Sequence record: NZ_CP033797.1
Source of the DNA: a plasmid
Reading direction: 5' to 3' (one strand)
DNA length: 53,756 bases
Made by a program: the position numbers and the translations under genes
Part shown: positions 48,073 to 53,756 of the stretch, piece by piece
Position numbering within the stretch: position 1 is the stretch's first letter
Layout: the number at the start of each line of letters is the position of its first letter
Notes under the pieces: model-generated
Database searches by the model: none
The model's input: only the letters and a program-made list of their open reading frames with translations
Told to the model about the DNA's origin: nothing

Positions 48073-50832
48073 TTAATTAATTCCACGATTGGCACGTTCA
48101 AGATAGATATCAATCCAGTCTTCCGGTTTCATCCCTTCTTTCCAGATTTCATCGAACAGCTCCAGCTGCTCCGTAGAAGCACTTAAAATCGGGAGATAAT
48201 AAGCGGCTTTACCCAGATCTAACTTTGCAAAGGCTGCAAAGTCATCGCGTTCGCCCTGCCGCTGTGGGTTTTTGACCACCATGAACTGACGCGAAAGCGG
48301 GTCAATAGCTTTAATTTTGTCAAAATAAAGCTCTTTTACCTGTAGGCCGTCGACATATTCCCCACGCTTGGCTTTAGGATTTGCAAGATAGATATGTGTG
48401 GCACACTGTTCACGAACAGCAGCTGCTATCGGCGTTTTAATCAGCTCATCCGGCGACTGCGTAGCGACAACGAGCACCATATCCAGCTTACGTCCAGTCT
48501 TGAGTTTGTTATAAACGAAATCCCTGAAAGCATCGTTGTTCAGCCACTGCCAGAACTCATCCATATAAATAATGAGTCGTCGGCCGTCGGCCAGCATTGT
48601 TACGCGATAAATCAGATAAAACGAAGCTACCGGGGCAACAACTTTATCATCCAGAAATTCCGTACCATCAACACCAAAAACATCCAGATTGGATACGTCA
48701 AAAGTATCTGTGCGATTATCAATGACCCAGCCGTATTCACCTCCCTGTTTCCACGCTTTAAGACGAGCCTTGATACCATGACGCTTAGTTTCTGCATCAT
48801 CTGGTTCAAGAATAAGCGGAATAAGTTTACTGACAGGGAATGAACGATCTTCCCTTGCCATTAAACGCTCAACTGCATCTGAAATCAGGCCGTTCTGGTA
48901 ATCATCCAGGGTATTGTTATTAAGCGTACAAATCAGTCTTATCAAATCCTTCATAAAAGCGATGTTACGCTTGGTTGGCTTCAGAGCCGCTGGATTCCAC
49001 CCGGTCGGTGCGCCACCCTTAACCCGGTAATATTCACCTCCCATAGCGCGAATGCCGACTTCACCCGCCCTGTCTTTATCAAAAAAAACAGTGGTCAGTT
49101 TCCTGACCTTTCGGTTAGACGGAAAGGACTCCGGCGCACCGTACTGTTGTACGGCGTATGCTTTCGTCATTAAAAGGACAGTTTTACCTACGTTTGATGT
49201 CCCAAGAATTTCCGTATGTCCCAGCGTTGGGTTTTTACCAAAGAAATTCTGGTTTTCCGTGGTCATATGGTAGTTGAGGTGATAAATATCATTACCAGAA
49301 CCGCGCAAGGTAATTAATCTGTCACCCCAGGTATTCCCTTTTTCTTTCCCTGTAAAGAAGTTATGGAAGCTTTCCATTTCAGCAAAATTAAGACTGCTAA
49401 GGGTACACAAGCGAGGGCGCAAGTTATAATTACCCGGTAACTGAGCAAAATACGCAGCCCCAAGACTCAGGGTCGAATATGTGATAATAAGCCCAAGGTC
49501 TTCAAGGGTTGTGGTCACTATATTGGTGTCTTTAACCAGACGTTCCGGCGTGTCAGCAAAAACAATCAGCGTCTGGTGACTCTTACCAAAAGAGTTGTAA
49601 CCACTGGAAACCATATCCAGACCAACATGCAAATCAGCCAGCAATGATTTAGCCGCATCATCAGTCATCTCAAGCTTATCAATCTGATCGTCCAGCGCCT
49701 TGATGGAGGCTTGCTTATCCATCGTAGTGAAAGACGATGTAAAGACATATTCAACAGGGAGATACATCAGCGCATCAAAAATTCCGGCGTCCGTCTCCTG
49801 AAAGTAATCCTTTATTTCAATGCACCGGAAATATCTGGCGTGATCAGAAGCTGTAATTTGCCCTGCATCGTTACCGAAAAACAAGTCTTTACCGCCAAGA
49901 TAAGTATAAAAAGGACTATTAGTTACTCTTACCTTTTGAAACTTCCCGGATAGCAGATACTGAAAAAGGGAAAGTTGGTCAGAAAATACCTTGCTATTTT
50001 CTTCAAACAAACCAAGACGGCGAGAGTGGAACCTGGACAGATAAGTATCAAGTCTGCCACAAATTTCGTTCATGTCGTTAATGGGTTCATCAAAAATATT
50101 TTTATTCCGCTTATTCCTTGAAAGAAAATGTGAAACTTTATCTTCAGCATTGAAAGGCTTATAACAGACTGTCAGATAAAGTTTGTTTTCAAAATATTCA
50201 GGCTCAGAAAGAGAACGGTAATAATCATTCATAACCCGGTTAACAAATGGGATTTTACTGTTAAATGAAGACTGAACCTCTTTCTTTACACGAACACGGT
50301 GTGTGTAGAACGTCACAGGCTTACCCTCAAAGCTTCGAATAAGCGTGTTGAGTTGGTCTGTCAGTAACGTCAGATCCTCCTCATCAACACATTCAAAGTA
50401 AGCGCCGTCAATATGCCAGGTAGCCAGCAAATCACGGCTTTTTGTGACGATTAGATTATCTGTGATATGAGAAGAGTACGGTATCAGCTCCTCAATAGAA
50501 GACTGGTCTTTCAGCTTCATAAAATTGTCCACTCTGGAAATATCAACTTCATCATACTGGCTCCCCGCATAATGGACGGCACTGAAGCGTTTGTTTGACA
50601 AGGGATGACCTTTGATTACAGTTCGTAGATAAAGCAGGTCAAAGAAACGCTCATCGATCTGTGTTACTCGCTTGATGGCATACCACCCTGGCAATATGAG
50701 TGCATACATTGCATCATGAATCCATACACCAAGTAATACAGAAATAAGGCACATTCCAAGGAAGGGGTAGAGCGGAACGCCCAACCCCCGGATTAAAGCG
50801 GGGCGTGTCAGCCCTTTAAAAAGAGTACTCAT
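48073..50832 (-). CDS. pilX3-4: VirB3-VirB4 fusion ATPase PilX3-4
   Basis: N-terminal VirB3-like transmembrane region; GTSNVGKTVLL Walker A; 919 aa. Confidence 0.9.
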   Translation of the reverse strand: MSTLFKGLTRPALIRGLGVPLYPFLGMCLISVLLGVWIHDAMYALILPGWYAIKRVTQIDERFFDLLYLRTVIKGHPLSNKRFSAVHYAGSQYDEVDISRVDNFMKLKDQSSIEELIPYSSHITDNLIVTKSRDLLATWHIDGAYFECVDEEDLTLLTDQLNTLIRSFEGKPVTFYTHRVRVKKEVQSSFNSKIPFVNRVMNDYYRSLSEPEYFENKLYLTVCYKPFNAEDKVSHFLSRNKRNKNIFDEPINDMNEICGRLDTYLSRFHSRRLGLFEENSKVFSDQLSLFQYLLSGKFQKVRVTNSPFYTYLGGKDLFFGNDAGQITASDHARYFRCIEIKDYFQETDAGIFDALMYLPVEYVFTSSFTTMDKQASIKALDDQIDKLEMTDDAAKSLLADLHVGLDMVSSGYNSFGKSHQTLIVFADTPERLVKDTNIVTTTLEDLGLIITYSTLSLGAAYFAQLPGNYNLRPRLCTLSSLNFAEMESFHNFFTGKEKGNTWGDRLITLRGSGNDIYHLNYHMTTENQNFFGKNPTLGHTEILGTSNVGKTVLLMTKAYAVQQYGAPESFPSNRKVRKLTTVFFDKDRAGEVGIRAMGGEYYRVKGGAPTGWNPAALKPTKRNIAFMKDLIRLICTLNNNTLDDYQNGLISDAVERLMAREDRSFPVSKLIPLILEPDDAETKRHGIKARLKAWKQGGEYGWVIDNRTDTFDVSNLDVFGVDGTEFLDDKVVAPVASFYLIYRVTMLADGRRLIIYMDEFWQWLNNDAFRDFVYNKLKTGRKLDMVLVVATQSPDELIKTPIAAAVREQCATHIYLANPKAKRGEYVDGLQVKELYFDKIKAIDPLSRQFMVVKNPQRQGERDDFAAFAKLDLGKAAYYLPILSASTEQLELFDEIWKEGMKPEDWIDIYLERANRGIN

Positions 50833-50853
50833 ATTTACGCCCCTGAGATTAAC

Positions 50854-51162
50854 TTATGACAACCAGTCCGGTACGTAAGGAGCAATGATAAAGATAATCA
50901 TCCCGATAATCAGAGGATAAATCCATGTCATATGTTGACGTGCAAACAGCGCAATATATGCAATACCTAAGCAAATAATGGTGATTGCTGGTTTTCTCAA
51001 GTCAGTAAGGAAATCAATGATCTTTTGTAAAAAACCGGTAGTCTTTGTAGATACATCATCAGCAAAAGCTGGTTCCGCAACACAAAGCATTAAGGCAGCC
51101 ATAAAGACAGTGAGTGTTAAGTAACGTTTATTCAGTTTCAACATCGTTTGTTTCCTTTTCAT
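50854..51162 (-). CDS. pilX2: VirB2-like pilin PilX2
   Basis: Long signal/leader followed by two hydrophobic segments. Confidence 0.75.
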   Translation of the reverse strand: MKRKQTMLKLNKRYLTLTVFMAALMLCVAEPAFADDVSTKTTGFLQKIIDFLTDLRKPAITIICLGIAYIALFARQHMTWIYPLIIGMIIFIIAPYVPDWLS

Positions 51163-51772
51163 CTGATACGGTGCCACGCATGGCATATTTTGGATAAACA
51201 GTAGTTTCTTTTCGCGTAATGTCCTGTGTTGCAGTCTCCTTTCCTATTTCATCCTTAACCGATGGAACAGCCCATACCTTTTTGTTGTCTGGACGGCTAT
51301 AACCAATACGCTGCGTATAGCTCGTATTATTAAAATTTAATTCAGATTTTTGCCCCGTTACAAAATTTCCAGAGTAATAACAACTAAGAGCGTTTTTTAA
51401 ACTCCCTCCCCTTTGATAGCAATCAAGCATGATTTTTTCGAATACGGTAAGGTTTGTACACGGCGAGAAAAGTTTTTCTGCATTGACGCCATATTTAGAA
51501 AAATTAGTGCTTGTTATTTGCATAAGACCCGTTGAATAACGGTGATTTCTAGCTTCAATTTTTTTTATTATGCTTAGTGCATCCTCCTTAGAACTTGGGA
51601 AATAAGAAATTACGCCACTATCACCGGGCTTACGCTCACCTTTCGGTATAATCTCGGCTATAGCATAAGGATTAAAGCCAGATTCAACCCTTGCAACTTC
51701 ATGAGCAGTATCAGGATGAACGCTGGCGGCGCATTGCATAGCAAGCGCGATAAAAGCTGAGGTAGATAACAT
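51128..51772 (-). CDS. pilX1: VirB1-like lytic transglycosylase PilX1
   Basis: ...EVARVESGFNPYAI...GLMQI... SLT-domain motifs. Confidence 0.85.
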   Translation of the reverse strand: MLSTSAFIALAMQCAASVHPDTAHEVARVESGFNPYAIAEIIPKGERKPGDSGVISYFPSSKEDALSIIKKIEARNHRYSTGLMQITSTNFSKYGVNAEKLFSPCTNLTVFEKIMLDCYQRGGSLKNALSCYYSGNFVTGQKSELNFNNTSYTQRIGYSRPDNKKVWAVPSVKDEIGKETATQDITRKETTVYPKYAMRGTVSDEKETNDVETE

Positions 51773-51817
51773 TGATTACTCCCGGCCAGAACAGCACGGA
51801 ACAGATCGGCAGAACGA

Positions 51818-52045
51818 TTACTCTTCGGAGTCCATATCGGCTCCGTTTATGAGTTCATCTATTGCCTTTTGTGAACATGTTTTAATGAGATACTGCACAA
51901 AACCAGAGTCAGAAATACGCCTTCCCCGGCGGTAGCTAATCTCAACAGCGATTCGCTCAACTTCATCACGAACGTCAGAAGGGAGATAGAGGGTATTACG
52001 TTGAGGCTTGCGCTTGCTTGAAGTCTTTTTTCTGGTAACAGTCAT
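51818..52045 (-). CDS. Small RHH-like DNA-binding protein (75 aa)
   Basis: NTLYLPSDVRDEVERIAVE; 5' end overlaps the actX 3' end in another frame. Confidence 0.4.
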   Translation of the reverse strand: MTVTRKKTSSKRKPQRNTLYLPSDVRDEVERIAVEISYRRGRRISDSGFVQYLIKTCSQKAIDELINGADMDSEE

Positions 52046-52487
52046 TTTTCTTCCGTTTCATTTTGTGGGTTAAGCTTTTTTCTGTGATGTAGTTGAGCAT
52101 GGCTATACTTCTCTTCCTTGGATCATCCATCAGCATTATTTCCACCAAACGGGGGGCGTTAGTATGGCTAAGTTGATTCCGTTCTCCTTGTTGTACGTTA
52201 AATATTTCCTCATCAGGTACAGGTAACGGCTCTCCACCAAAAGCAATAAACCGCTGAACATAAGGTAATGCGGTGATAGTAGATGAGTGAATTTTTTCAA
52301 AATCGGCCTGGATGAAAAGATACCCTGGGAAAAGTGGTAACAGCCTTTCTCTGAACGAGATTTGTTTATCCGGGCGACGATACTTTTCTGAAATCATAGG
52401 GCAGTAGTAAGAAAAGTTATGCTGTTCAAGATGGGAGAAAACAGCAGCAAACCTCGTCGTAGTAAATTGCAAAACGTACCATTTCAT
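51996..52487 (-). CDS. actX: NusG/RfaH-family transcription antiterminator (ActX-like activator of the pilX operon)
   Basis: MKWYVLQFTTTRFAAV... is a NusG N-terminal-like start; located upstream of pilX1. Confidence 0.55.
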   Translation of the reverse strand: MKWYVLQFTTTRFAAVFSHLEQHNFSYYCPMISEKYRRPDKQISFRERLLPLFPGYLFIQADFEKIHSSTITALPYVQRFIAFGGEPLPVPDEEIFNVQQGERNQLSHTNAPRLVEIMLMDDPRKRSIAMLNYITEKSLTHKMKRKKNDCYQKKDFKQAQAST

Positions 52488-52842
52488 AGATTTTTCCTTT
52501 CATGCGCTCTCTCGACTCGGATGACCCCGAAGTGGATAAGAAAAAGAAAAAGGACAAATTTTAATCTCGAAGTGACTTTATCAGCTACTTGTGCTGCTTT
52601 CAATCCGTTAAGTAGATCTTTCGATCGCCATAACTTCATATCGCACTTTGTTTATGCTGCAAAAATAACAATATTAAGATGATTTATCTTTATATATTAC
52701 AAAAGACAGATCAAATGATCGTGATGGGATCTTTTCACAGATGACTTAACTAAAATTTTAAGCTGTAGTTGGTTTTTCTTTAAAATGGAGTTCGTGATAA
52801 AATAAATCGATCTTATTCAATGAGTTACAAGTGCTTTTGAAA

Positions 52843-53756
52843 TTATCCTAATTTGATACCAATCTTCATCTTTTGTTCGTTCTGGAGCATCGCTTGTTTG
52901 ATTTGGATGAACTGTTTCATCTGGAGCTGCTGCTTCTGAAGCATTGCAGCACTGTTAAGCACCAGTTCTTTACTTGATGAAGGGGTTCTATCGATACCTT
53001 TAACACCAAGATTATCAAGCTTCCACTCGTTACGATGGACTGTCTTCCAGCCATGTTGAACACCATGTTTATCAAGTGCAGGTATTTTTACTTCCTTTTG
53101 ACCGAGTTTTTTAAGCTTAACAAGATCGCCCTTCTTAACATTTTCTCGTGATGTAAGATCGCCAAAATCAGCCCCCCAGTATGTCTTTTCAACCCCCTTG
53201 TTAAGGGTCTTCAGTTTCAAGAAATGCTGCTTCGGCTTCGTTTTATCATGCTGGTAATGGTCATAACCAACATCCACAACCTCATAAACGCCCTTCTGTC
53301 GCTTAGGAGCGGTACTGTGAGCATCCCTGATAGACTGATTAAGTCCTTGCTGCTGCCTGTGTGTTGCCTTAACGTCATAACCTTTAAGTTTTAGCTCTTC
53401 GCAAAAACCAGTTCTAATCTCCCTTAAATCCTTCTTTCTTATATCGGTACGCTTTCCATCTTCATCACGGATACGGAAAACAACATGAACATGAGGATGG
53501 TCTTTTTTATCGTTATGATACCCAAGAACAAAGCGATGGTTTGGATACTTCTTGTGCATCGTTTTTCTGACTGACTCAAGCAAGTCTTCTGGTTTCACTT
53601 TTGCAGAGACAGGCGGTGAGAACACGATATTTTGTGTCACCTTTTTATTTTCTTTACCCTTATCGTTCATTACATTTTGAGGGTCGTTTGCACGATCTAC
53701 CATGTGCTCTTTTGCTTCCTGTATCTCGTCACCTTTCCATACCTGGCCGCTTTCAC
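52843..53756 (-). CDS. taxC: Relaxase TaxC, C-terminal part (continues from 1..247 across the junction)
   Basis: YHNDKKDHPHVHVVF is the MOBP-type histidine-triad motif; frame stays open to the window end. Confidence 0.8.
   Translation of the reverse strand, partial: ESGQVWKGDEIQEAKEHMVDRANDPQNVMNDKGKENKKVTQNIVFSPPVSAKVKPEDLLESVRKTMHKKYPNHRFVLGYHNDKKDHPHVHVVFRIRDEDGKRTDIRKKDLREIRTGFCEELKLKGYDVKATHRQQQGLNQSIRDAHSTAPKRQKGVYEVVDVGYDHYQHDKTKPKQHFLKLKTLNKGVEKTYWGADFGDLTSRENVKKGDLVKLKKLGQKEVKIPALDKHGVQHGWKTVHRNEWKLDNLGVKGIDRTPSSSKELVLNSAAMLQKQQLQMKQFIQIKQAMLQNEQKMKIGIKLG

Noticed and set aside
1-53756. Search for antibiotic-resistance determinants, integrons and CRISPR-Cas
   Set aside because: No bla, aac, tet, sul, qnr, mcr, intI or cas-like ORFs were recognised among the translated ORFs; the cargo appears to be stress-related rather than AMR.

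Overview
The window reads as a complete circular IncX-type (R6K-like) conjugative plasmid of 53,756 bp. The relaxase gene taxC runs in frame off the left edge (1..247, minus strand) and continues from the right edge (52843..53756), so the linearisation point falls inside taxC.

Backbone recognised from the sequence:
- R6K-like pi replication initiator (pir) preceded by six contiguous 22-bp gamma-ori iterons plus two operator iterons, and bis.
- A ~93-bp inverted repeat in two copies (793..886 and 6650..6742) flanking the replication module, resembling the duplicated oriT of R6K.
- taxA-taxC, a NusG/RfaH-like actX, a full VirB/D4-type pilX1-pilX11 transfer operon with eex and taxB, a thermonuclease, topB-hha-hns, a ParA/RHH partition pair with GTCTTTA-type centromere repeats, a serine resolvase, and a dnaJ-like operon.

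Accessory DNA:
- IS26 (10207..11025) abuts a truncated Tn3-family 38-bp inverted repeat and truncates an AraC-family gene.
- It is followed by a ~15-kb high-GC foreign island (about 11.0-26.7 kb). Its left ~12 kb is dominated by redox and methionine-oxidation repair genes (msrB-msrA, GST, corA, MDR quinone oxidoreductase, GlcG-like, DUF1330, TlpA-like redoxin, a sulfite-oxidase-like molybdoenzyme with an FAD/NAD reductase, grxC, DUF427, an orphan sdhC, a dps-like remnant); its right ~3.7 kb consists of IS elements.
- The island ends in an intact ISAs1-family IS with a 10-bp target duplication, an IS21-family remnant (istA' plus istB) and an IS6-family IS.
- The IS6-family element truncates a second resolvase copy. 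That copy is followed by a duplicated small acidic gene, a parF/parG-like partition system with ACTCAT-type repeats, parDE, iteron-like repeats and a 256-bp Tn3-derived miniature element (TIME).

I found no antibiotic-resistance genes, CRISPR arrays, rRNA or tRNA.

The most interesting uncharacterised candidates are:
- A three-gene operon ending in a small P-loop NTPase, co-transcribed with nuc and topB-hha (36067..38167).
- A duplicated 88-bp promoter module carrying an 18-bp perfect palindrome that drives the dnaJ-like operon and a second operon.
- The foreign oxidative-stress island.
- A TisB-like mini-ORF.
- A dispersed TTTGCTGGCA motif.
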